64,000 bases of DNA, from NCBI GenBank assembly GCA_050575255.1, contig JBNZDD010013727.1, positions 1,994,733 to 2,058,732 of the forward strand, written 5' to 3'. Source of the stretch: Harriotta raleighana (Eukaryota). Positions 40,216-53,022 of this stretch are shown piece by piece. The stretch's first letter is position 1. Every line of letters starts with the position of its first letter. The notes beneath the pieces are model-generated. The model searched no databases. It was not told the DNA's origin and saw only the letters and a list, made by a program, of their open reading frames with translations. The position numbers were made by a program, and so were the translations under genes.

Positions 40216-40327
40216 AGTTAGCTGACTATTAAGAGGCATGGATTAATGGTACAGCAGAAAGAATCCTTCCGAATTTCCTTCCCTCAGTTAGAAAAAACTG
40301 TCCTTTATGGTGCCTTTCCCATATGTA

Positions 40328-40667
40328 CAGTAAAACCCTGGCACACTCGAGGGGTCGACTAATTGACTGTGCCAGATAAACGTGGGACTAGTTGCGGAAA
40401 ACCCAACATAAAAAATGAACTTATTTTAAAACATACCATGTTAATAATACACTAAATAGTAACAGAATATTGTATGGATACTTACCAATAAAGCATTCCA
40501 GCACAGTCGGTAAAAAGATCAGTAAAAAGCATTTTTTGCCGATCGGTAAAAAATCCAAATTCGTAAGTTTCATAAGTGCAAACTCGCGATTCCTGAAATG
40601 GGAAATTGCCCCGGGAGGTGATTGAGCAATCCGGTTGATCGGGTCATGGATAAACAAGGTTTTACTA
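40328..40667. mobile_element. Tc1/pogo-type MITE (family A), opposite orientation to the copy at 11045
   Basis: ta-cagtaaaaccc...ggataaacaaggttttacta-ta; internal ccgatcggtaaaa and gggaaattgccc shared with the 11045 copy. Confidence 0.85.
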
Positions 40668-42889
40668 TATTACTGAAATCAGGAATTCAGTGGAGCAATG
40701 AGAGTAGAGTCTTGAAACTTACCCTCCACCTCCTCCTTTGTGGCTGCAAAATCACATCGCACTATTTCATTTCAACTGGAACTAAGAGAATATTGGAAGC
40801 TGCGATAATACGGCCCAAAGTGTCAAGTGGTCTGCCTTATATCCTCAAGAGGTAACTGACTGCCATGCTGAGGGTACTTGGAGGGAGGATTAAGTATTAT
40901 ATTCAGAAAGACAAACTCATCCCCTAATGAAGCTTGATTCGATAATGAGTCACAGAGTTCTGGATTTGTAGCTTCATGAATCCATTAAAAATTAAACCAC
41001 ATGTGAATGGATGTTCAAAATTTACTATTGGCCATCGTAGTGAAATAAAAGCAGATTTCTAATTCCATGCAGCAGGCTCAAAGCTTGGAAGTTTATCTGT
41101 GTATTTGCTGCATTTGGTAGTTTTGAGCAGAAAACCTCTCTTAGGGGCTGCTGTAAGGAAATCATATGATACAAATAGTTTCTGTTTTTGCATGCACCAA
41201 AAGGCAATTTGAGCATTGATGTTCAAGGATTCACATTGAGTCACAAAACTGTGTTGTATGTGGTTGGAACCAACTATGTTTGCAGTCAAGATGATTCAAT
41301 TTACTGTAACTTCTGCAGATGTTGGGTGGGAAGGATGGTGGGGGAAAACTTTGGATATAGCTGTCTAAGGGATTAGCAGGAAATATTTCCAATCAAAGCA
41401 GCTGAAAAAGTATGAACTCATAGATGCAGAAATATATTTTGAAATATTTCAGTTGCATCTCGACCACACACGAATGCTCTCCTTGTGCTCTTTTCCTGTC
41501 AAACACTTGAAGCCAATTGTGTTGAAAGTGCTGCGCTCAGTCAGCAGTTCTCTGACAATTATTGTCATCTCTATTTGATTTATATTTTAGATCATTCCCA
41601 CTGACATCCATCCAATGTCTGACTCAGTGCAGATCTGTTATAGGAGCTCCATGCTTTGATCGACAGAAACTTTCTTTCTCAGTTGCACTAACATCTGGTT
41701 TCTATGCAGATCCTGGAGCTATGATTCTATCCCAGCTCTTCTGCCTTTCCCCACCACCTGCGGAAGCACTTTGTTCTCCCTTCGTCTTATTGTGGTGGAT
41801 TTACTTTTTTCCCCTGAGGGTCAACAGTTGTTGTGAAACACGAAAATGTGCATGACATAAAGCTACAGCTGTGAACATTTACCTCCCACCAGTGGCAACT
41901 TGCTACATTCAAAACACCTGGTTTAGAACAAAATTATATAAAGACATATGGCAAGAAAATAGACTTTTATGTGCCATAGGGGCTCAGAGAGAAATTATCT
42001 GAAGTTAGCATAGAGGATCTATAGTCTGTATAAAGGACATTACTATTAATGTCAAGAAAATGAGAATGCATCCTGCAACCTCCTTTGTATAAAATAGCTG
42101 AAGTTAGATCTCATATGATATAAATTGCATTTCCTTCAGCAAACAACTCAGTTACAGATGAATCCTGGTCATCCTGCTATATTGAAATGAAAATGATACT
42201 CCAAAGAAATAGCAGCATAACATCCTGTTTGAACTTTGGGAAGTTACAAATCTCACATGTATAAGATATTCAGTAACTCTGCATAAATGACTTTTTTAAT
42301 CTTGCCATGTCTACCAATCCATCTCACTCCATAAGTATTTTGATTGTCAATGAGAGAACATTCAGACCAAAGGAAAGAAACATGATAAAAGAAAATTTAT
42401 AAATCACACAACATTATGGTGCAAATGTATAAGGAGGTTTATGGAGGACTACAAGTTATCTTCAAACATTTCATGGTGCATTTCACACAACTTATTGCAG
42501 CTATACAATCTCATAATTACTCCAGTACTTGATGGGCAGAAACCTCCCACAAGGTAATTATGAGAAAATTATTCTCAGTTCCAACTATAAATGGTCCTAA
42601 GGGCCTTCTTTATCTGAACCTCTTGTGATCTTGAGATATATAATCATTTGCTTGAGTGACTAAAGTTCAATTGTACTCTCATAAGATGTTGTATCCTATA
42701 GTATGTCTCAGGATTTTTTATATATATAAAATATATATATTTTCCATTACAATAAACACAAATTGGCTGCTTTTGTCTTAAAATGTTGGAACATATGGCA
42801 TGTAAAACATTCCGTTGCAGTATCTGCTGATCATTTGAGGATTGTTCTTATATTTGATTCCTTACTAAATAAAATTCAGGTCCCACCTA

Positions 42890-43030
42890 AAGATCTTTCT
42901 ATTTGACCGTGCCTTTGGTCACCTTTCTATACCTGCCCCTGGCTCGGTCCTGGGATCTGTTGTTGTTGAGTGCTCTGAGACACTGTCCAGCATGGAGGGC
43001 ACTATATAAATCGAAGATGTTATTGATGTA
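42890..43030 (+). mobile_element. L2 3' end
   Basis: tttgaccgtgcctttggtcacc...gagtgctctgagacactgtccagcatggagggcactatataaatcgaagatgtt. Confidence 0.75.
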
Positions 43031-44634
43031 AAATGGCAATGAATCTGAACTGAGCAATTATGGATTTCTTCCAGTAACTAGACATAGATCATAAAACTCA
43101 ACTGTTTCTGAATCAGAAGTGTAAAGAAGTTCTTGTTAAGGATCACCAGCAATGCCATTAAGAAATACTTCCAATTGGACCTATCTTTTAATCTATAATG
43201 GGGCAAAGTACAAATTATTTTTAGCAATATAAATATAAGGAGTTGTCAAATATCAATTTATTAACCCTAAAATAGAAGGAAATGCCATACTTAATGCCAA
43301 ACACATTAAAAATTCATTGTATGAGAAGTGATATGCATTTCTTCCTTATTTTTCAATAGTGTTAAATTCAAACCATTACATTGATCATGTGTTAATGTAT
43401 GTTAAAGATGATTAAAATTGCATGTGATGTTGGGTCTCTTTCAGAGTTTTAGAATTATAACTTTAAAGTAATGCAGATTAAAGAATTAAAGTGAAAATTA
43501 CATGTCACCAGACTACAATTTCCATAACTTGCATTTCAAATCACAAAAAATAATAAAATATTCAATGAAAAACAGTATATGATATATTCCCCCAAATGGA
43601 TTAAAAATCTAAAATTGAAATAAATAAAAGGTAATTAGAATAAAAATGACCCAATCCTAATTCCCTCGCACCATATGCATGTTGTAAGCAATTTAATTAT
43701 AATAAAGTATTTCTTTAGAGAGATCATAAATATGCTCCCACCACACAATATTACACTGAGTAATATAGATAAGTATGAAATTTAGGAATTTAGAAGATAG
43801 AATGTGGAGGGAGCAGAATCATTAAGTCTATCAGCAGTACTTCATTAAATGTAGCTGGAAGAGTTGTGCATTATAGTGTCATGTATAAATTATGGGATAA
43901 TGAGAATAAACGAAATGTGTATAATTTGTATTGCTCCTTACTGGAGCCTTCTTTGCTATGGGTATAATTCTCCATTAATAACAATCAAAATATTCTGAGA
44001 TTTAAAAATATATACTGTAATTGTTTTTAAAAGAAAAGCCAGAGAAGACGAATCAATACCAAATGGTAGAATCCGATTTTTTAAAAAAAAATTGCTCTCT
44101 AAAATTCTCTATTTTTCTTGGTCAAGCAGGTTTCTATCACTAGAAACCATCACTATGCTTAAGTGTATTTCATGCTTCCCACCTACACATGGAAGTTGCA
44201 AAAGATAGTTCTAATGGAATGCATTCTCTCTCTCTGGAGAGATATTTCCTGTTTATGTAATTTTGGGTAGAGTTAGGCACAGATTGGGAACAGTCAGGGA
44301 TTTAGGACCACAGAGTATGTGCTAAAACCACGTAGATTTTGAATGAAAGCACAGTTTAGCAAGCGGTTTTCCCCTGCTTGTTCAGTTAGGACCACCCTAT
44401 CCTGTCCCGGATAGTGAATGGCCTACGATTCCAAGTCCATCTGATGAGCAGCGGGCAGGATTGTTGTCCTCCTTAAGAGTCTTTTTTCCTGTCCTACATT
44501 ATAATGGAACCTTGGTTTAATGTCTATTCGAAAGTTCTTTTTTTGTGAGAGGTAAGTACAGTAGAAACATTATCAACATAAATCATGATACTACCATACA
44601 CCTAAATTAATTTCTAAAGTAACAACAGTTTTTT

Positions 44635-44765
44635 GGAATCCTGTAGCTCAGTGGTTAGAACGCTCGCTTCGCAAGTGGGAGACCTGGGTCAATTACTGGC
44701 AGGGTGAAATGTTGGGCACGTTTCCTTATTCTACAAGCCTCTGTTTACCTAGCAGTAAGCAGAAA
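44635..44765 (+). mobile_element. tRNA-derived SINE 5' half, long subfamily
   Basis: ggaatcctgtagctcagtggttagaacgctcgc...gcctctgtttacctagcagtaagcagaaacc. Confidence 0.85.
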
Positions 44766-45433
44766 CCTTTTTGTCTTCCATCTGACATCAAACAAAATCA
44801 GCACATCTTTATCTCTAGCTCTCCAGCTAACCATTATTCTTTCAGTGCCTTTATCTCATTCTGGGTTATCTGCCTTTTTTCCTTCCCTGGCGTTCCTTTC
44901 TGAGGTCATGAAAAGCATCCTACTCAGACTCAGCCCATGCCTTAAAAATTAAATGACATATACCAAATATCTATTTTTAAAGACATATTTATTTTAGAAT
45001 ATATCTTACTTGTATAAAGTGTGGCACAAACAAAATGCACAGCTGGATTCGGTTTAGCTCTCCAAAAGAGTTGTGCCTTTTCAGCTCACTCATCTATTTA
45101 TGTAGCTAATCGTTTAGTAGGTTATTGTTCAAGTCAATCATGGTCATGTGGTCCCTGATACCTGTGTAACTTCTTGTAATTATTCCTATCATTACAACTT
45201 AATCTGATTCTTGAACTGTTGCCCCATCATACACCAATGTAAAATTACAATTATTTTGCATATTGTTTACTCTCTAATATTCTTCTATGCTTCAGGTTTA
45301 TAGGTAGATTTTCCACTACTGCCCATGCTTATTTCTGCCACTATCAATCTTTTCCTTCCTTCATGTCACATGACTTTCAATCTCTTCAACTGTCTTTTTG
45401 CATTCTCCTTGATCTTTGCCATGAAATGCCCTT

Positions 45434-45534
45434 TTATTAGCACCTGATCACATCTCCAAACCTCTCAAAGCACTTCATAGGATTTTTGAAACAAATAAGT
45501 GAACGCTAAGTTCATTTATTATTTTCCTATGTGC
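45434..45534 (-). repeat. Left arm of a ~100-bp inverted repeat (partner 46593-46700)
   Basis: gcacctgatcacatctccaaacctctcaaagcacttcatagga...aataagtgaacgctaagttcatttattattttcctatgtgc is the near reverse complement of the partner. Confidence 0.9.
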
Positions 45535-46539
45535 CATTCCTGTGGCTAAATTTTGTCACTGTCAAACTTTTCCCACCTCCTTTGTATCTCACCTTCTGAC
45601 TCCTTGGTTAGAAGTTTCTGCTCCACCCACACACATATGCACACACATTTAAATGAGTTTGCAATGACCTTTGTTTACATAGTTCTGAAGTACATTGAAT
45701 CATTGCAGATCATACAAAATAACATATCTGTCTTTTAGGAACCTGCATTTCAATGAACTCCTGTGACATTTCTCTGAGCATTTAAAAATGTTGTTGCATT
45801 TCAAATATCAAACAGAGTATCAGCTCAAGGGCTGTGTCAACAGTGGGCAGATTGAAACCATAATAGTTGTGTGCCCTTCCTGACTCCTGTAAACTACACG
45901 GATATTTGTCTTATTGGGCACAAAATCCAAGTTGACCTTAGTTCAAACACATATAGATGCCTTTAATTATGTAATTAACCAATAACGAGTCACTGGGGAA
46001 TCAAAAGTAATCTTTATCACCGACATTTTAATGTAAACCTGTGACCGTTTGCTCAATCCGCATTTCAGACCTCAAAGGTGAGAATTATGGATGGAGCAAT
46101 AAACATGCTCTGCGGGGATCATCACAATAATTAACAGAAAGTGATCAATGTTTTTACAGAAACATGACAAGATAAACTACCAATGTTTCAATAGGATTTC
46201 TGCTTCAGAGAAACAGCATTGCTTATGCCACAGTAGAATTTAATTTATGGGAGCAGAACAAAGTCTCAGGACTTGGCAAAAAGCTGCTACTGTCTGCTTT
46301 TCAACCAAGCCAGACACACATATGGCAGAACTACCCTTTTTTTCTTATGCAGAGTTTTATCCCAATCCAAGAAAGAATGTGTAACCTATAGAAGCTCTCC
46401 TGGGCAGTCATATCTGCTTGTTCCACAGACATGTCAATGCCTTCCCTATATTTATTGCACATGGTCGGGGGTGGGAGGTGGGAGGTATTTGTTGCTCTAT
46501 AGTCCCTGATTTCCAAAATTGTTTGAGTCTAAAGTATGA

Positions 46540-46700
46540 TTTTCTTATGTGCCAATTGGCTATCGCATTTCCAGAAACGCAATAGCCAATTAGCACATAG
46601 GAAAATAATAAATGAACATAGCGTTCACTTATTTATTTTAAAAAAAACTCCTATGAAGTGCTTTGAAAGGTTTGGAGATGTGATCAGGTGCTGATAATAA
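46540..46700. repeat. Tandem hairpins plus the right arm of the inverted repeat, ending in a SINE-like tail
   Basis: 32-bp stem at 46540-46605; second imperfect palindrome at ~46602-46638; gaagtgctttgaaaggtttggagatgtgatcaggtgctgataataa resembles a SINE tail. Confidence 0.85.
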
Positions 46701-47544
46701 TTTGTTGTTATTATTACCACTACCTGGGAATATTATTACCTAATTGATTGAAAGTGTTGCACAATTCAATTAACATCTGAAGTTTTTGTCACCCGAGCTT
46801 ATAAAAAAAAAGTGAACAGAATGAGAAAAGGAAATTGCACGACTTCTACAGTTAGCAGTGCCCAATGATTTATTTAAAATGTTTTATAGGATTAAAATAA
46901 TCAAACTAAGACCATTTTAGAGTTAACAAAAATCACCTTTTTTTAGGAACTCTTGTTTGTAATCTGGTTTGAAATAATTGGTTTCAATTATGTAGACTGT
47001 GGCATTATTCACCATTTAAAAAATATATGACTATTTCCTTTAGATTTCTCAGTTTACATACATTGGGGATGGGCTGACATAAATTTCTATGATTTATTGC
47101 TTTTTTATTCACTTCAGGATTTTTTCACAAAATCATTTGACATGGAGAAAAAACATGAGTCTTTTGAAAATGGTTGATGTTTCCCATTCATGTTGAAATC
47201 TGTCAGCAAAAACACAGGTCTCTTTTATTCATCCAGTTTATATGTTAGCAAACCCTGTTGTGGTTTGTCAAAAGTGATGGGAAAAGTGCCTTGATCCTCA
47301 TAAAAAAAACATTTCCATGTGTGAATGCAGCTAGTCTTATGTACATAAGCTTGATCAAGCATACCATCGCTATGTAGGTGCTTGGACTACTATAGCATTT
47401 TATGATTTATTGTTTGCTTTGATGTATTGTGGATTCTTCTTGTTTGTTTCTTGGCTAAGTGATGAGACAAGCTGAGATTTTATTTTACAAATCATTATTT
47501 ATTCCCACTCACTTTTTTGATGGTGGGAAAACTTCAGATCAGTG

Positions 47545-48128
47545 TTATGCCACTGAAACCTTGGTCCATGCCTTTGGCTGGACTATTCCAATGCCCTCCT
47601 CGCCGGTCACCACTCCATCACAATCCATGAAATCCAACTCATAGAAAACTCTGCCACCCGCATTATCACCCACACCAAACTTCAGTCCCCCATTACCCCA
47701 CTCCTTGCCGGACTTCACTGACTCCCTGTCCCGGAGAGGATTGATTTCAAGATCCTCATCCTTTTTTTCAAATCCCTCCACTCCTGTGCACCCTCCTACC
47801 TATCTGACCTCCTCTCCTCAAACCAGCACTCATTGCCTTCACTCCACCTGGTCTGGCCTCCTCCTTGTCCCCCAAAATCTACGCTCCACCATCGGTGGCC
47901 ATGCCTTCAGCCACTACAACCCAAAGCTCTGGACCTCCCTTCCTCACTCCCTTTGCATCTCCCCCGCCCCAGTTTGAGGTCTCAGCTAAAGACCTTTCTC
48001 TTCAACTGCACCTTCAGTCAGCTTTCTCCCCCTGATTCTGGCGTGCCCCCGGGATCCTTTATTGTGACGCACTCTGAGACGACGTCTGGCATGGAGGGCG
48101 CTATATGAATCGAAGTGTTGTTGTTGTA
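47545..48128 (+). mobile_element. L2 LINE 3' end
   Basis: ETLVHAF, IGGHAFSHYNPKLWTSLP and LRSQLKTFLF motifs; stem-loop and (TTG)n tail. Confidence 0.92.
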
Positions 48129-50912
48129 TGCACCTGATTGCATCGGTGTCCTTGCCTTGGCATATATTATACCAGCTTTTGAACGAACAAGAGATGAGCT
48201 GCCAACAAGAGGCATGAGTTCACTTGTGTTTGTATATTTGCTAATATGCTCAGCATCTCTGTTGCCATCTATAATAATAATCTTTGCATTTGATATAACA
48301 TCTTATCATGTCTTCAAGACATATCAAAGCACGTCAATGCTTATAACATGTCATTAATGATTGTGGAGCTACAAAAACAACTTGCATTTTCATAGTGCCT
48401 ATCACAAAAGTTTACTTCCTGCATGACTAGGATTAGATGCTGAGCAAGGGAGAGGATGAGTGGGAGATGACCAGCTGTGTCGTTTAAGAGATGGGTTTCA
48501 AAACTAAGGGAAAGAGAAACAAAGTCCCAGATGTGAGGGGCAGGGCAATTGAAAGTTTGGCCACAAATGGTAAGCTACTCAGCTTGGTAGAAGAAAGAAT
48601 CTCAAAAAAAATTAGATTCTTCTTTTGTGCTATACAATAGAGCTAGAGCTAGTAAAACATGGCATGTATACATCTCTTCTCAGAATATCATTTGCATTAG
48701 AAACATGTTGTCGTAAACTTTTGTGTTCCGATGACTTTAAGTTATGATAAATACATTTGCAATCAAAATAAATGAACAAAAATGGAATGAGTGAAGTGCA
48801 TTTGGCTGGTCAAGCAAGCTCCTTTCACATACTCCTGAGTTCAACATCTGACCTATCACATCAGGATCTCTTGTCTGGCACTCTATTATTTGAGGGATAG
48901 TTCTGTACATACATTTTCAGGTTTCCCAGAGAAATTCAATCTAAAACTCCAAAATTTTCACCATGGTCCACAATTTAACAGCATAGAAATTGCTGTTTTC
49001 TGCAGTATTCTTGCACCTCAGGCAATCTGTCATTGTATGCTATTGTTTTTATTGATGAAGCAGTGTAATTGATCCAATATCAATTGTTTTTGTTAGAAAT
49101 TTGTTCCACATATCCACAGTCTGTGGACAAAAAAACATACTAATTTCCAATCTCACATGAGACATGTTAATATTAACCTTATTTCCTCCAGCTCCATTTC
49201 TACTACTCATAGTATAAGCCAAATCACCTGTTTACATTTATACCATCAATGCATCTCAGCATAACAAAACCACTGCATCTATAAAGTATGGGACTCCTTG
49301 ATGTCTCCTGACCTTGAGGCACAAGCAGTTTCTTTGTACTTTGAAATGGGTTGTCCTCAGATGATCGGTGTTTGAAGTTGAACAGTCTCATTAAATGTCA
49401 AGAGAAGGAAGTTTTCCTGGTTAACAAATGTCAAAATGAAACTGGTCTTTGGCTTCATAGCCAGTTGGGGACATTGCTACAAATGTAATTTATATAAAAT
49501 ATGAAGCCCATTTGAGAAAGTCTCGTCATTCCTATATCAAATGTAAGGATTATTATTATTGTTTTATTATGTGGAGCCTCAACAATAGCAAGTGTTACCT
49601 TCCATGGTTGATTACAAGATACTGGTGCATCTGTGGTTTTTCGGTGACTGATTTACAATTATTTTGTACAATTAATGAACTTTATAATTAATTTTCATTA
49701 GTATGGTTTTATGTTTTCGGATATAAACCTCTGTTATTGTATTACTGCATGATTCCTTTGTATGCTCTGCCTTGTCTTTGTTGTGATACAACATTTTTTT
49801 GACACATTTGCGAAGAATGCTGATGTTATTTTGAACAAATTAAACTTTTAAATCCTTAATTTCTTTTTTCAGTAATCATAAACTCTGTTCATTGTTACGA
49901 AACTATTTCCTGCTACTTGGGACAATGTTCTTTCCCATAATCAATTAAAAATATGACACAACACTTCAATAGCCATATTTATAGGCTGCAGAAGGTTATG
50001 GGTGTTACTTTTCGATGACTGAGGCCTGGCTGTGAAACTTGTATAAACACATTGAGATCAAACACACATTTGTTCTCCATATGGTGGTCACTGGCATGTA
50101 GTGATTATTAACAGCAGAGGGACTTTTTGAATTCAGCATAGTTGGAGGACATTAACAATATAATGATGCCTTCCACCCCCTCACCCACCCCCCAGATGAG
50201 TCAAAGATCATAGTAAAAAAAGTAGAAATATTAGCAGAATAATAATAGTATAATATATTAGTGCTCTAATGTGAACAAAGATAGGACAATCCTTCTATAG
50301 TACCCACATTAATCTCCACATCACATGTTTCTAACCTCAACTGTGCTAATAGGTGAGAGCTTCCCACCTCCTAAACTTAGAATGGTCCAATATGTTGTGT
50401 ATAACAAATTGCAATGAATCAGTTTGGTTCAGACCTCCCTTATAAATGACCTCCCTTGTACTTGCCCTCCCTGCAGATTTAATTGTACTGATTAGGGGAT
50501 ACAATTATATAAGCATAATTCGTACATCTAATGGTCAAGTCATGTAATAGTTTCCAGACAGCTACAATCAAATATTAACTAACCAGAACACAAGAAAGAT
50601 TTTCTTCTTAACATAGCCTCTAATGCCATGAAATACTCCAAAAAAATTTTTTTCTTCTGCAGTATACCATACAGAGAGGTTCTAGTTTCATTAATGCTTG
50701 ATTATGATAAATTAATAATAATTCAGGCACAAATGCAAANTCCTCTAATGCCATGAAATACTCAAAAATGTTTTTTTTTCTTCTGCAGTATACCATACAG
50801 AGAGGTTCTAGTTTAATTAATGCTTGATTATGATAAATTAATAATAATTCAGGCACAAATGCAAAATACTGCAGATGCTGGAAATTTGAAACAAAAACAG
50901 AAATTGCTGGGT

Positions 50913-50956
50913 ATAACAACAACAAAATTACACTGGTATAGCAGCTTTCACATCAC
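50913..50956 (-). mobile_element. Tail-only L2 insertion nested in the Penelope terminus
   Basis: aacaacaacaaaattacactggtatagcagctttcacatca interrupts gctgggtata|ctaagcaggtcaggcagcatc. Confidence 0.7.
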
Positions 50957-50994
50957 TAAGCAGGTCAGGCAGCATCTATGGAGAAAGGAAAGTG

Positions 50995-51031
50995 AGTTAA
51001 CATTTCGGGTCCAGGGCGCTTTGTCAGAACT
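50995..51031 (-). ncRNA. Minimal hammerhead ribozyme motif (Penelope-type), mutated copy
   Basis: Minus strand reads agtt-ctgacaa-a-gcgccctggaccc-gaaat-gtt-aact: stem I AGUU/AACU intact; core and stem II mutated. Confidence 0.65.
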
Positions 51032-52159
51032 GGGGCATGTTCGGAAGGAGAGGCTTTTAACGACTATTAGAGAGGGAGAGGCAGGCAAGCAAGACAAAGA
51101 AGAAAATGGGGTAGAGGACAGGAGATGATGCGTTAAAGAGTTGTTAATGTTACAAAATAAATGGATGGGGGATTGCAATAAAACTGGAGAGAATGGGTAT
51201 CAATAACATTAAACAAAGAAGGGATGAAATTGAAAAAAATAAGGCAGACAAGATGGTCACAGGAGAGGGGAAGGGGAAGATGAACTGTTATGGCATGAAA
51301 TGATTGAAATCAGTATAGAGGCCAGATGGCTGTAAGGTCTTTAGTAGATAGATAAGGTGCTCTTCCTTGAGCTTGCGCTGTGGTTCATTGGAACAGAGTA
51401 GGAGGTCATGGATGGAGAGGTCAGACTGCAAGCGGAAAGAGAGTTAAAGTGGCAAGAAACCGATAGATTAGGGTTGTACTTGTGGACAGAATGGAGGTTG
51501 GCAAATCGGTAACCCAATTTGCGTTTGGTCTCCCCAATAAAGAGACCACATTGTGAGCAGTGGGTGCAAGATACAGTACTACATTGATGGAAGTACATTT
51601 AAATCAATATCTCACATAAAAAACGTATTTGGGCCCTTGGACAGTGGTCTGGGAGGCAGTGAAAGGCCAAGATTGCATCTCTAGCGCTGCCAGGGGAAGG
51701 AGAGCAACTGTTGGTGTTGATGGAGGAATGTACCAGGTAGTCACGGAGGGAATGGCCCCTTTGGAATGCTAACAGGTGAGGGAGGGAATTACATGCTTTG
51801 CATTTGGGTCATGTTGGATGTGCTGGAAATGGCAAAATTATCCATTGGATATTGAGGCTGGTGGTGTGGAAGTTGAGGACTGGGTCAACCCTATCAAGGT
51901 TCTGGTAAGAGGGGGAAGGAGTGAGGGCAAAGGTGCAGGAAATGGAGCAGACATGGTGAAGGGCACTGTCTACCACAGCAGATGGGAATAATTCAGGCAT
52001 TTTGTTTAGCACATTTTATGTTGGGAGGATGTCTCAAAGCACTTTACAAGTTTTAGTATAAAGTTCAGTTATCGTATTTTGTAGGCGTATTTTGTATTTT
52101 GTAGCATAGTACAATGCCCATGAAGACACATGAGGTGAATGAACAATTTTCTCTGGGAT

Positions 52160-52715
52160 CTTTATATAGTGCCTTTCACGTCGGGCGGACGTCCCAAGGC
52201 ACTGGACAGACTAGGGTTTGCAACCAAGCTAGGAGTTAGATTTAGGGATTGTAGGAAAACGTGTGTTGAGAGTGGAATGTAAACTGACCAAGGCGTGGTC
52301 CTTGACCTACTTGAGGGAATAGATAAAGGGTCAAATTTGGGATGGAATTTCATTGAATGAGGGCAGAAAGGCTGGAACCCTGACAGCTGATGGTGGGATG
52401 AGCAGTGTAGGTGACATGCAGCAAACCAAGCAGAGAGAGTGGGTGGGTTGTTAGGGTTTAAAAAGGATACAGAGGTAGGGTGGGACAAGACTATGGAATG
52501 ATTTAAAAGTGAGGAACTTGAACTTAACTCTATTGGGATGTGTGGGAGATGCAGAGTTCTGACTAATCTGCAGCTTGTGGAGGGGAGAGGTAGGAAGTCT
52601 GGTGACCGGAGAGTAAGTAGTCAAGCATGGATGTGATTAAAACATGGACAACGGTTTTGGCGATGCAATGCTGTAGAGATAGAGGAAAGTGGAATGAGAC
52701 AGAAAACAGATATGG
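52160..52715 (-). mobile_element. L2 LINE 3' fragment
   Basis: tatatagtgcctttcacgtcgggcggacgtcccaaggcact tail; degenerate L2 C-terminal coding sequence upstream. Confidence 0.75.
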
Positions 52716-52732
52716 GGTTTAAGACATCCCTC

Positions 52733-52797
52733 CAGCACCTTGAGACGTCCTCCTGACGTGAAAGGCACTCCACAAATGTAATATTGTTGTTGTTGTT
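52733..52797 (+). mobile_element. L2 tail-only insertion
   Basis: agcaccttgagacgtcctcctgacgtgaaaggcactccacaaatgtaatattgttgttgttgtt. Confidence 0.8.
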
Positions 52798-53022
52798 AAA
52801 GCAAGGTTGCATCAAACAAGGTTGCATCAACCATATCATCTTTGAGGTAGAGTATGAATCCTTGTGGAGAGATGCTGTTGGTGCCTGAAATGAGAATGTG
52901 CAAATGGGAGTCAAACAGGAGCAATTTTGCCCCATTAACTATCAACTGGAGAAAGTTAGCTCTCATCTAGAACTGGTGGACCAAAAGCCGAGACTTTAAA
53001 ACAAGATCTCCAATCAAGCAGA

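Larger units (their letters stand above)
50865..51995 (-). mobile_element. Penelope-like element 3' part: RT-EN linker, GIY-YIG endonuclease and terminal repeat
   Basis: Translations FPSAVVDSALHHV...DRVDPVLNFHTTSLNIQWII and CTHCSQCGLFIGETKRKLGYRFAN...SVSCHFNS (Penelope YCIxCxxCGLLYIGETKRRLGDRFxEH...VAxHFNS); typical shark terminus ctgcagatgctggaaat...aaaacagaaa. Confidence 0.92.

Noticed and set aside
44441-44535. CTGATGA followed later by CGAAA as a hammerhead ribozyme
   Set aside because: There is no stem II linking them, and the CGAAAG belongs to a reversed Deu-SINE motif (ggtttaatgtctattcgaaag).
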